A stretch of 64,000 bases of DNA from the human T2T-CHM13v2.0 reference genome, Homo sapiens, in contig CP086569.2 of the NCBI GenBank assembly GCA_009914755.4, positions 8,480,001 through 8,544,000 on the forward strand, given 5' to 3'. This document shows, in pieces, positions 1-11,028 of the stretch. The notes beneath the pieces are model-generated. The model ran no database searches. It was not told the DNA's origin and worked only from the letters and a program-made list of their open reading frames with translations. Made by a program: the position numbers and the translations under genes. The number at the start of each line of letters is the position of its first letter. Within the stretch, counting starts at the first letter, position 1.

Positions 1-88
1 AGCCCCAGGAAACTTAAAAATCATAACAGAAGAGGAAGCAAACACATCCTTCTTCACATGGCAGCAGGAAGAAAAATGAGTGTTGTGT
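1..88 (-). repeat. MaLR (THE1/MST-type) LTR fragment, cut by the window start
   Basis: Bases 1-88 resemble the reverse complement of the 5' portion of a THE1/MST LTR (the ...cacaatcatggcagaagg...cacatc.ttacatgg... motif), read from memory of the consensus. Confidence 0.35.
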
Positions 89-440
89 TAGTCCATTTTC
101 ATGCTGCTGACAAAGGCATACCTGAGCCTGGACAATTTTACTATAAAAATAAGTTTATTTACTTACAGTTCCACATGGCTAGGGAGGCATCACGATCATG
201 GCAGAGGGCAAGGAGGAGCAAGTCACATCTTATGTGAATGGTTTCAGACAAGAAGAGAGCTTATGCAGGGAAACTCCACCTTATAAAGCCTGCAGATCTC
301 ATGAGATTTATTCACTATCAAGAGAACAACAAGGGAAAGACCTGCCCCCATGATTTAGTTACCTTCCACCGGGAACCTCCCACCATATGTGGGAGTTCAA
401 GATGAGATTTAGGTGGGAACAAGGCCAAACCATATCATTA
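89..440 (-). repeat. THE1-type MaLR LTR (one LTR of a minus-strand THE1 element)
   Basis: Begins ttagtccattttcatgctgctgacaaag and ends ...ccaaaccatatca. This is the reverse complement of the THE1 LTR consensus, which runs TGATATGGTTTGG...GTGAGAACGGACTAATAC, and is about 350 bp long. Confidence 0.65.
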
Positions 441-1545
441 TGCCCCTGGCCCTTCCCAAATCTCATGTCTTCACATTTCAAAACCAATCATGCCTTCCCA
501 ACAGTCCCCCAAAGTCTTAACTCATTTCAGCATTAACTCAAAAGTCCACAGTCCAAAGTCTCATCTGAGACAAGACTACTCTCTTTCACCTATGAGCCTG
601 TAAAATCAAAAGCAAGTTAGTTACTTCCTGGACACAATGGAAGTACAGGAATTTGGTAAATACAACCATTCCAAATGGGAAAAATTAGCCCAAACAAGGA
701 CCTACAGGCCCCACGCAAGTCTAAAATCAAGTGGGGGAGTCAAATATTAAAGCTCCAAAATGATCTCCTTTGACCCCATGACTTGCATCTGAGTCACACT
801 GATGCAAGAGGTGGGTTCTCCTGGTCTTGGGCAGCTCCACCCCTATGGCTTTGCAGTTTATAGTCCCCCTCATAGCTGCTTTCACGGCTGATATTGAGTG
901 TCTGTGGCTTTTCCAGGCACACGGTTCAAGCTGTAGGTGGACCTACCATTCTGAGGTCTGGAGGATGGTGCACTTCTTTTCACAGCTCCACTAAGTGGTG
1001 TTCCAGTAGGGACTCTGTGTTGGGGCTGCAACCTCACATTTTCCTTCCACACTGTCTTTCTCTTCTATAGTATTGTCAGGCTGTAAATTTTTCAACATTT
1101 TTTGCTCTCCTTCCCTTATAAAACTGAATGCCTTTATCAGCACCCAAGTCACCTCTTGAATGTGTTGCTGCTTAGAAATGTCTTCTGACAGATACCCAAA
1201 ATCATCTCTCTCTAGTTCAAAGTTCCCCAAATTTCTAAGGAAGGGGCAAAATGTCACCAGTGTCTTTGCTAAAATGAAACAAGAGTCACCTTTGCTCCAG
1301 TTCTCAACAAGTTCCTCATCTCCATCTGAGACTTCCTCAGCCTTGATTTCATTGTCCATATCATTGTCAGCATTTTAGCCAAAGGCATTCAGCAAGTCTC
1401 TTGGAAGTTCCAAACTTGCCTATACTTTCCTGTCTTCTTCTGAGCCCTCCAAACTGTTCCAATCTCTTCCTGTTACTCAGTTCCAAAGTCACTTCAAATT
1501 TTGGGGGATATTTTCAGCAATACCCCACTCTAGAGCTGGGGTATT
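441..1545 (-). mobile_element. THE1 internal region (partly deleted), carrying a 122-aa ORF remnant at 991-1359
   Basis: Runs of THE1-int-like sequence (ccaaagtcttaactcatttcagcattaactcaaaagtccacagtccaaagtctcatctgagac ... atcatctctctctagttcaaagttcc ... ccaaactgttccaatctc). It is flanked by two THE1 LTRs in the same orientation. Confidence 0.6.
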
Positions 1546-1905
1546 TACTATATTCATTTGTTTTCATGCTGCTGATAAAGACATATCTGAGTCTGGGCAA
1601 TATTATGAAAGAAAGTGGTTTACTGCACTTACATTTCCAGATGGCTGGGAAAACATCAAAATCATGGCAGAAGACAAGGAAGAGCTCATCACATCTCACA
1701 TGAATGGTGGCAGCCAAAAAGAGAGCTTGTGCAGGGAAACTCTGCCTTATGAAGCCATCAGATTTCATGAGACTTACTCACTATTAAGAGAACAGCATGG
1801 CAAAGGCCTGCCCTTATGATTTAATTACCTCTCACTGAGTACCTCCCACAGCATGTGGGAATTTAAGATGAGATTTGGGTAGGGACACACCCAAACCATA
1901 TCAAT
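1546..1905 (-). repeat. THE1-type MaLR LTR (second LTR of the same element)
   Basis: gttttcatgctgctgataaagacatatctgagtctggg ... gatttgggtagggacacacccaaaccatatca. Same reverse-complement LTR structure as 89-440. Confidence 0.65.
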
Positions 1906-1919
1906 GTCCATCAAAGGGC

Positions 1920-2098
1920 AAAGACCCTTGTAAAACCATCAAATCTTTTGAGAACTAACTCCTTATCATGAGAACAATATAGGGGAACCTGCCCCCATAA
2001 TTTAATTATCACCACCTGTTTTTTCCATGACACATGGGGATTATGGGAAGTACAATTTAAGATGAGATTTGGGTGGGAACACAGCCAAATTGTATTAT
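1920..2098 (-). repeat. partial MaLR LTR (3' half)
   Basis: cttatcatgagaacaatataggggaacctgcccccataatttaatt ... gatgagatttgggtgggaacacagccaaattgta. This is a third, truncated copy of the LTR 3' half. Confidence 0.5.
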
Positions 2099-2176
2099 TA
2101 TGTATCACTAAAAAGCAACATTTAAAAAATAAACTGCAAAATTATTAAGATAGCAAACAAAAGTAATATCTTCTAA

Positions 2177-2433
2177 GGCCAGGCACAGTGGATCATGCCT
2201 GTAATCTCAATGCTTTTGATACCAAGATGGGCGGATACCCTGATCCCAGGATTTCAAGACCAGTCTGTGAAACATGGTGAAATCCCATCTCTACAAAAAG
2301 TACGTACAAAAAAATAGCTACTCTGGAGGTTGAGGTGAAAGATCTTTTGAGCCCAGGAGGCGGAGGTTGTGGTGAGTTGAGATCGTGCCATGGTACTCCA
2401 GCGTAGGTGACAGAGTGAGGGAGAAAAAAAAAA
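2177..2433 (+). repeat. Alu SINE (older AluJ/S-like)
   Basis: ggccaggcacagtgg...cctgtaatc...gagcccaggaggcggaggttgtggtgag...cagagtgaggg followed by an A-tail. Confidence 0.9.
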
Positions 2434-3797
2434 TTCTATTATTATTGTATTCATATTTAAATTTGGCTGAGCTCTTTTTCTTGGCTGGTTCATTGAAACA
2501 TACATCTCATCAAGAATTAAGCATATCACTTAGTCACTGCATCTCAAATCTCAATCTGGAGTAGTTTCTACCTTTATATTAATGATATTGAAAAAAGGTT
2601 GCCATCTTCTGAAATTGTGTGCTTGTTTACTTATGGTGTAATTTACTTTCTTCTGATATCATTGTATTTTCTGTAAACTGGTACTTGAATCTGAAGGCTT
2701 GATTGAATTACAGTTACAAATATTTTGTGAAAGAGCACTCTATACAACATTATGTGTCACATCTGGTCCTCTGGGAAGCAGATGTCGAGACATAATTAGA
2801 TGTGCAAAAGATTTATTGAGAAAAATGCCTGGGATGATAGAGGGGAGAGGGAGCAAGAGGTTTTATGATCTTCACCAAAGTTCTGAAAACTCTAAAAAGG
2901 TAAAATTATTTAGGATTTGTATCCCATTCTCCTTCAGGTCTTCACCTGCTCCCATTTCCCCTCAGAAAACCTTATTTGTAAATTTGAAATTCTCTGAGTT
3001 TTTGAGTGGGCTATGATTTTTGTCATTTCTAATAGTTACACATGCTATTCATTCCCTTGCTTGGAATATTCTTTCCATCGTAGTCAATGTGAACTCTTAA
3101 TTACACTATAAAGATAACTTAAATATCATCTCCTGCAGCAAGTTCACCTTCACTTATGTGGAAACTGGTTGACTGATTCTTTCTTTAAATTTCTGTAAAT
3201 CCTCATATGTTGTCTAGAACAGTGCTAACCTTATGGTTTATCACAAATTATATATGTGTTTGTTTCCTCATTTCACTGTGGGTTAGGAGGACTACAAATA
3301 TGCTATTTCATCTGTGCATTATTAGTGGTTAGTACAGAGATTGGTCAATATTAGCTGTTCAAAAGAATTAGTAAATAATTCCTCAATGAAGTGTAGTTTC
3401 AAAGCCAGTTTCTCTACTATCTTGCACTCTGATTCAATATTCATCTTTCAAACTATCATCGAAAATGCATTTTAGGAAAAATAAAACACTTAGTGGTTAC
3501 ACTCAAGGGCTCTGAAGCCAAATACGTGGAGTTAAAATCCTATGTAAGCCACTTATTTTGTGACCCTAATCACCTTGGCCTTATTTTCTGCACCTGTGAA
3601 ATAATAATTAGCTTATGAATTTTATATGATTGCTTCAAGGATTAAACGACACAATAGGTGAACATTCAATCAACATTAGTTACCATTTCTGAACATTGTA
3701 TCTCATTATAAAATCTTTCTATTTACCTACCACTTCCACACGTGCATCACATGCTCCAGCTACATTAAAGTCACTGATGTGAATAATTCTATGAGCT

Positions 3798-4090
3798 GGC
3801 TGGGCACAGTGGCTCATGCCTGTAATCCCAGCATTTTGGGAGGCCAATGTGAGTAGATCATAAGGTCAGGAGTTCAAGACCAGCCTGACCACCATGATGA
3901 AACCCCATCTCTACTAAAAATACAGAAATTAGCTTGGCATGGTGGTGCATGCTTGTAATCACAGCTACTCGGGAGGACGAGTCAGGAGAATTGCTTGAAC
4001 CCAGGAGGTGGGTGTTGCAGTGAACTGAGATCACACTTACTGCACTCCAGCCTGAGTGACAGAGTGAGACTCTGTCTCAAAAAAAAAAAA
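3798..4090 (+). repeat. Alu SINE
   Basis: ggctgggcacagtggctcatgcctgtaatcccagcattttgggaggcc ... gcactccagcctgagtgacagagtgagactctgtctc followed by A12. Confidence 0.95.
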
Positions 4091-5339
4091 TCAATTAGCT
4101 TGTAATTATTTACTATGTTCAATGCACAATTTAATTGACTGAGCACATATTTTGAATCACGCACTGTTCTAGATATTAGAAATAGGGCAGTGAACAAACA
4201 AATTTTTTTTCCCTCACGTGGCTTATATTCTAGGGAGAGGAGGCAGGCAATAAGCAAAAATAAATACGCTAAATATGTACTATGTGTGGTAGTACACAAT
4301 GAAATGGAGACATAATGTAGAGTGTGGTGGTTCAGGGAATGCTGAGGAGATGTTGTTTTAAATAGAGTTCAAGTAAAACCTCACTGAAAAGGTGATGTTT
4401 GAGAAAAAACTGAAGAAGATGAGGGAGCAAGTCATGTAGATATTTGAGGGAAAGCAGTTAAAAAAATAATTAACTTCTTTTTATTCAGAAGCAAGTCGGA
4501 ATTCTTGAGGCAGAAATGTGCTTGGCATATGCAAAGAATCATGGAGAGGCCATACTGACCAAAGAAGAATAAGAAACGGGCACAATAATGGAGACTAAAG
4601 TCACAGAGGTAGCAGGTTCTAAATGACACAAAGTGTGTTTTTTTGCTTTGAGCAAACTGGAAAGGCATTGCCAGTTTTGAGTGAACAACTGATGTGATGA
4701 ATTATTAAAAGGTTATTCTAGAAGCTGTGTGTAGAGTAAATTGTGGATTGATAAGGATGGTAGCAGAAATATCAAGTAGGAGTCTATTCCAGTAATCCAT
4801 ATGAGGGATGGTGATGATTCAGTCTAGACTTGTAATGGTAGAGATGGTGAGAAGTGGGCCAATTTGGAAAGTATCTTAAGGATCATACAGGATTTGCTGA
4901 TGCATTGCATTTGGAGTATGATAAAAGGAGAGGAGTCGGGCATAATAATAATAATAACAATAATAGCTAATACATTTTCATTTAATACATACTCAACACT
5001 ATCAATTTTTTAATAAGTATTAGCTAATTTAGTTTTCAGAAACAATGAAGAAATAATTTCTGGCACATATGAGTACTCAATATTTACTAACTGAGGGACA
5101 GAGAGGATAACTAGCTTATCCATGCCATGCAGCTAGTAAATAGTGGATCCAAGATTCAAACTGAGACAGTGTAGTGACAGAATCCATGATTTTAAGTACT
5201 GCATGATGGATGGATGCCTTGAAAGAATGTTAGGGCCAGGGTCTGTGTTCCAGAGAATAAAGGAGACCATTCTTTGTGTGAGCTCAGGAGCCAAGAGCAG
5301 GAGTGCTGCTAAGAGTCCCATGGAGATACCTACTACTGA

Positions 5340-5874
5340 AAGGTAAAGCCAGCTGGACTTCCTGGGTTGAGTGGAGACTTGGAGAACTTTTCTGTCTAGC
5401 TAGAGGATTGTAAATGTACCAGTCAGCACTCTCTGTCGAGCTAAAGGATTGTAATGCTCCAGTCACTACTCTGTGAAAACACACTAATCAGCACTCTGTG
5501 TCTAGCTAAAGGATTGTAAATGCATCAGTTAGCACTCTGTAAAAATGCACCAATCAGTGCTCTGAGTCTAGCTAAAGTATTGTAAATGCACCAATCAGTG
5601 CTCTGTAAAATGGACCAATCAGCAGGATGTTGGCAGGGTCAAATTAGGGAACAAAAGCCGGTCAGCCCAGCCAGCAGCAGCAACCCACTTGGGTCCCCTT
5701 CCACACTGTGGAAGCTTTGTTCTTTTGCTGTTTACAATAAATCTTGCTGCTGCTCACTCTTTGGGTCTATGCCACATTTAAGAGCTGTAACACTCACTGT
5801 GAAGGTCCACAGCTTCATTATTGAAGTCAGCAAGACCAAGAACCCACCAGAAAGAACCAACTCCAGACACATCT
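5340..5874 (+). repeat. LTR12 (ERV9 LTR); U3 with about five 41-bp CCAAT/GATTG repeats, then R-U5. May extend upstream to about 5100.
   Basis: Tandem 41-mers ctagctaaaggattgtaaatgcaccaatcagcactctgtgt. Then aataaa..., ...ccttccacactgtggaagctttgttcttttgctgtttacaataaatcttgctgctgctcactctttgggtc and ...gagctgtaacactcactgtgaaggtccacagcttcatt.ttgaagtcagcaagaccaagaacccacc. Recognised from memory of LTR12. Confidence 0.6.
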
Positions 5875-5892
5875 TGGTGACCAAGATGGGAC
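5875..5892 (+). other. primer-binding site complementary to the tRNA-Arg 3' end
   Basis: tggtgaccaagatgggac against the canonical PBS-Arg TGGCGACCACGAAGGGAC: 15 of 18 match. It lies immediately 3' of the LTR. Confidence 0.55.
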
Positions 5893-5976
5893 CTAGACTC
5901 GGATCATGGGGACTGGTGTTGTAAACATCTGCTGACCTGTGTTCTATAAGGACTAAAAAGAATTAGGGAAAAGCCC

Positions 5977-6560
5977 ATGAATTATTCAATGATGTCCACT
6001 ATAACTCAGGGAAAGGAAGAAAATCATTTTGCCTTCCTCAAGTGGCTATGGGAGTCCTTCAGAAAGTGTACTCCTCTGTCACCCAACTCCCTCAAGGGTC
6101 AATTGATCCTAAAAGATAAGTTTATTACCCAATCAGCCACAGATATCAGGAGAAAGCTCCAAAACCAAGCCCTGGGCCCTGAAAAAATCTAGAGGCGTTA
6201 TTAAGCCTGGCAACCTTGATGTTCTGTAACAGGCACCAAGAGAAACAGGCCAAACAGAAAAGCAAGATCAGAAAAAGGCCACAGTGTTTGTCATGGCCCT
6301 CAGAAAAACAAATCTCTATGGTTCAGAGAGGACAGAAAATGGAGCAGGCCAATCACCTGGTGGGGCTTGTTATCAGTGTGGTTTCCAAGGACCTTTTAAA
6401 AAAGATTGTTCAGTGAAAAATAAGATGCCTCCTCGCCCATGTCCCCTATGCCAAGACAATCATTGGAATTCTGGCACACTGCCCCAGAGGTCAAAAGTTC
6501 TCTGGGCCAGAAGCCCCCAACCATATGATCCAACAACAGGACTGAGGGTGCCCAGGGCAA
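5977..6560 (+). pseudogene. gag remnant (capsid C-terminus plus nucleocapsid zinc knuckle), frameshifted
   Basis: ORF 5977-6192 ...KDKFITQSATDIRRKLQ..., which parallels the MLV capsid C-terminus ...SAPDIGRKLERL. ORF 6284-6589 has CYQCGFQGPFKKDC (a CX2CX4HX4C knuckle with His changed to Pro) and a second Cys-rich CPLCQDNHW. Confidence 0.6.
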
Positions 6561-6760
6561 GTGCCAGCCCATGTTATCACCCTCACTGAGCCCCAAGTAT
6601 GTATAACCATTGAGGTCCAGGAAGTTGACTTCTTCCTGGACACTGGATTGGCTTTCTCAGTGTTGATCTCCTGTCCCGGACAACAGTCCTCAAGGTCCAT
6701 TACCATCCAAGGAATCCTGGGACAGCCTGTAACCAGGTATTTCTCCCAAATTCTCAGTTG
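6561..6760 (+). pseudogene. retroviral aspartic protease remnant
   Basis: ORF 6561-6803: ...VDFFLDTGLAFSVL... (the DTG active-site motif) ...ITIQGILGQP... Confidence 0.6.
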
Positions 6761-6929
6761 TAATTGGGAGACATTTCTACAGATAGTAAGTATGCTTATC
6801 TAATCCTACATGCCCATGCTACAATATGGAAAGGAAAGGAGTTCCTAACCTTTGGGGGAGCCCCCATTAAATATCACAAGGAAACCATGGAGTTATTGCA
6901 CACAGTGCAAAAATCCAAGAAGGTGCCAA

Positions 6930-7235
6930 AGCCATCAAAAGGGAAGGAAAGGGGAGAACAGCAGCATAAGCAGCTGGCAGAGGCAGGGAATGACCAGCAA
7001 AGAGGAAGAGACAGAGAGACAAAGAGAGAAAGAAAGAGACAAAGTCAAATAGAAGGAGACAAGGAGAGGAAGAGACAGAGAGACAGAAAGTCAATGAGAG
7101 AAAGAAGGAGAGGAAGAGACAAAGAGGGAGTCAGAGAGAAACAGAAAGATAAAGAGAGACAAAGTCAAAGAGAGAAGGAAAGAGAGGAAGAGATAGACCA
7201 AGGAGTCAAAGAGAGAGAAAGAAAGAGATAGAAGT
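6930..7235. repeat. GA-rich (AGAGA/GAAAG)n low-complexity expansion inside the provirus
   Basis: About 300 bp of purine-only imperfect repeats. It is the source of the Arg/Glu/Lys-rich 155-aa ORF at 6764-7231. Confidence 0.85.
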
Positions 7236-7496
7236 AGTAAAGAACACACAGTGTAACCTATTCCTTTAATTCCAAGGTAAATTTAGAAACTATAATTGAT
7301 AATTGAAGGTCTTCTCTGTGACCTTATAACACTCCAATACCACCTAGATGTCAGTGTAAACAAGGAAGTAACCTAAAATCACTGAGGCCACTGACAACCC
7401 ATAGCCTTTCTATCAAAAATCCTTAACCCAGCAGGTTTCCTAAAAGGGGATCTAAATTTTAACTAATTACCATACAAAGGTCTGAGCAGACCTGGG

Positions 7497-7757
7497 ATGA
7501 TCTCCCTTCAGGACAGGATGATAGATGTTTCCTCTAGGGTGATTAAGGGAAAAAGACACAATGGGTACTCAGCAAGTGATAAGAAAATTCTTGTAGAAGC
7601 AGAATTGGGAAAATTGACTAATAATTGGTCTGCTCAAAAGTGTGAGCAGTTTGCACTCAGCCAAACTTTGAAGTACTTACAGAATCAGAATGGAGCCATC
7701 TATACCAATTCTAAGTTAATATGGACTGAACGACATCTTATTAATAGCAAAGAATAA
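7497..7757 (+). pseudogene. pol RNase H remnant
   Basis: ...NNWSAQKCEQFALSQTLKYLQNQNGAIYTNSKLIW.. compared with the retroviral RNase H motifs SAQ[KR]AELIALTQAL...IYTDS[RK]Y. Confidence 0.55.
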
Positions 7758-7879
7758 ATGAAATCCCAAACTTAGAATGTTTTTAGCAAAAGTAGAGTTT
7801 GCTAAAAGTTAACAGTGTAACATGTATTATCCTAACTTCTAATCTTGTGGAAAGCAGACCCTATTAGTGCCCCTCAAAG

Positions 7880-8170
7880 CTCAGGTTGCAAGAAATAACA
7901 AAATCTATCCTTACTCTACAAACCCAAATAGATTTTTTGGCAGCAGTGACTCTCTAAAACCATAGAAACCTTGACGTATGCATTGCTGAGGAAGGCGGAC
8001 TTTGCACCTTCTTAGGGGAAGACTGTTTCTTTTACACTAACAAGTCAGGGACAGTACCAGACACCACCCACCTTTACAGGAAAAGGCTCCTGAAATCAGA
8101 CAATACGTTTCAAACTCTTACACTGACTTCTGGATTCTTACTGGGTTAATAACTTCAAAAATGTTCATCT
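7880..8170 (+). pseudogene. env transmembrane-subunit remnant (gamma-type immunosuppressive-domain region)
   Basis: Translation ...HRNLDVCIAEEGGLCTFLGEDCFFYTNKSGTVPD... compared with the canonical LQNRRGLDLLTAE.GGLC.FL.EECCFY.NQSG.V. Confidence 0.6.
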
Positions 8171-10993
8171 TCTTTTCTAGCTTCATTTTCATTTAATTCA
8201 CTACCTCATTGTCTCTCCCCTGAATATTTCTGGTATCATCTTTGCTAGTTTTCTTGCCTTCTACAATTAAGGCTTGGTTCACATTTGTGCAAAGTGATCC
8301 ATCATTCTAAAATGCATACAACGACACAAAGGAGTATATAGAAGTAGGAGAGAGGAGCTTTAGCGAGAGCCACCAGCATGAAGGAAGTTGGATTTTTTTC
8401 CCCTATTTCCATGTGAGATTTGTTTTCTTTAGATCATTCATTATGCATTAACTTACTTTTGCTATTGCTTACAGACAGGGTACTTTATTTTGTTTAGCAA
8501 CTACAATAGTGCAAAGCACAGGAATGTAGATGCTCGCCAAAATGTACCATTATGTGGGTGCTTCTCTACTTCCTATACTCATCACAGGACATTACAGTGC
8601 AAAAGAGAGATGACTTTTCACGTTCCTAGTTAAGATACCATTCATAAGCAGCAAAAAGAAAAGCCATTAATCCAACTGATTCCTAAACTCTAACAATCTG
8701 TATTCAAATTCTTTAGCATTACAAAATGAAGACTGAACTTGGAATCTTAAGCATCAAAGATGAATTCTACTTTTAACTCTTATTGCATGTATGGCCTCAG
8801 TACAAGCCACTGAACCTTTCAAACCTGTTTCCTCATCTGAAAAAATGAAGGTAGAAAGGAAATTTAACTTGGGTTGGGAGCTGGGCTACACACGTATGTA
8901 CACTGTCTCATCTAATTTGCAAAAAAAAAGCAAAGAACTGTTAGTGCACAGACTTGTTTCTTCACTCTTCTATCTAAAAAATCAAAAGTTTTTGTGAATT
9001 ATAATAAGAGATAAGGTTGAAATATGAACTCTGCATAACTGTGGACCTTAGTTATAATTCTAAGAGACAATATCCATTTATTCCAAAGGACATCAGGGAA
9101 GCTGGCATCTAGTAACTACTTTGTTGTTGATAAGATGTGTGATTTTAGACAAGCTACGTGCTCCCACTTGGGTTCAGTTTTTACCCCCTTCTTAAAATGA
9201 GAGGATTGGGTTATTTCTACAAAACCTTCCTTTTGATATTCTATGCCAGGAATTGGCAGCTATCTTCTACAAAGGGCAAGACAGTAAAGATTTTATGCTT
9301 TGAAGGTCATAATATCTCTGTCAAAACTACTCAACTCTATCTGTACAGAAAAACAACAGCTGTAGATAATATGTAAATTAATTGACATGACTGCATTAGA
9401 GCAAAATTCTACTTACAAAACAGATTGTGGCCTGAATTTAGCCCAGAGAACTTACTTTGATGAGCCCTGATCTATGAAGCAATGAAGAATTTTGTGTGTG
9501 ACCAATTCTACACTCCTCCTGTTTCTGTTTGGATCAATATAGTGAGAACTTATTTTGTTCACGGCTTGTCTAAAGATGTCTCTCTGTTGAAGTGGAGTTT
9601 ACTTAAGTGCTTCAATCATTTGTTTAAGTCGGGATTAAGCTGAGCATTTTGAGAAGTAAATAGACTGGTTTTTGGCTGTAGCTTATGTAGAACAGCATTG
9701 GCTATTTTAAGCATACACGAATACTATCATGTTCTACACATGAACATGACAGAAAGGAAGAAAACCTTAATAAATAAAAGTTATATGACAGGAATTAGGA
9801 TAGACTTAAGATCCTACTGTCACCTATTTATTCCAATTTTTACATATCATCACATTATCACAGTATCCCAGCCAATATATTGACATTCATAAAAATACAC
9901 ATTGGATTGCATTTTAAGTTATCAAACATATCACTTTTCTGAAATGCACAGAGGTCTTCAATGAGGCTTCTTAGCTACAAGGGACCGTTTTACAAAGTAT
10001 GGGAAACAAGGGGGAATTAAGGATTTTCATTTCTGCCTATGGTAGATGGACAAATGGCCTGTTAAAGGTGTTTGATTATGTTAAGCAACTATCACAGGAA
10101 AGGGACCTGGGAATCATTGTCAAAGCCAGCAATTGAACAATAACATAACTCTAGGTCTGAATACTGTAAGGTTTTTGTTATATAAGGCTTGGCCAGTTCA
10201 ACCATGGTAGCATTACTTTAGGACTTTCTTTTTCTTTTGCTGTTGTTTAATTCAGCTAGCTCTTTGTGCTAAAGATGAATCTGATGGCAATATTTATCAC
10301 CAAAGTTTTTCATCACAGCAAGAAGCACTTCTGAAGCTGGAGGAAGCTTTGGGCACACTGACAAATTTCCCCAAAGCAAGATTGAACTATGGGCTCCTAA
10401 ATCAGCAGTGTTTTGATATTTGCACATTCTCTTTATTTTCTATTCTCATTGTTTCTTTCTGTTCCACTATGCCTTCAACTTCACTTGTTCAATGACTTCA
10501 GTCATAGAACATATTGAGAGGGCATGGGCAGATGGTGAATTCACCAGGGAGTTTATGCAATTCTCTGATTTATTTCATCATTCTAGAATTATACAGAAAT
10601 AAGACTAGTATGAGCTTAAGCATATTCTGCCTTGAAGAATGAAAAAAAATGACACCAAAAATGATTAAAACATAAATTTAAATAGAGTTCTATTTGCCCT
10701 ATACAATATTTCCAGTTAGATTTTAGCTGAATTCTGTCAGTTCCTCACCCCTGATAGCTGCAATTTTCAGTTCTGGATAGCATTTTTATCAGTGTTTTGT
10801 TTTTTTTTTTTTTTTCCAATAATGACATTTTTCTCACAATTTTTTTATCTGATCACCCTTTCATGAATTTTGTAAATAAATATGTATTTATTGTTTGAGT
10901 TTCAACATTATTGTGCTTACTTTTGACATGATCCATTTTTGTTATTTTGCAAACACAGAATTTAACATAGGATACAAACATATTATGCATATT

Positions 10994-11028
10994 ACACACC
11001 ACATACACACACACACACACACACACAT
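10994..11028. repeat. (CA)n microsatellite
   Basis: cacacacacacacacacacacacacac. Confidence 0.95.

Larger units (their letters stand above)
5340..8170 (+). mobile_element. ERV9-like (class I, gamma-type) provirus remnant with internal deletions: LTR12, PBS-Arg, gag CA/NC, protease, GA-rich expansion, RNase H fragment, env TM fragment; no 3' LTR seen
   Basis: The order of the sub-features below is retroviral. The env region carries the hallmark gamma-type TM motif AEEGGLCTFLGEDCFFYTNKSG. Confidence 0.65.

Noticed and set aside
5400-5640. Regularly spaced 41-bp direct repeats, and the 22-bp array at 32097-32690, considered as CRISPR-like arrays
   Set aside because: This is eukaryotic DNA, and the repeats are contiguous tandem units with no unique spacers. 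They are an LTR12 U3 enhancer array and a minisatellite.
6764-7231. 155-aa Arg/Glu/Lys-rich ORF (RDRETKRERKRQSQ...)
   Set aside because: It is a translation of a purine-only GA-rich simple repeat inside the ERV9-like element. It is a low-complexity artefact, not an SR-protein or nucleic-acid-binding gene.
8790-9200. Possible MIR-like fragments (..cctgtttcctcatctgaaaaaatgaagg.. and ..gtttttacccccttcttaaaatgagaggattgggttatttctac..)
   Set aside because: The similarity to the MIR core is short and recalled from memory only. It is too weak to annotate without a repeat search.
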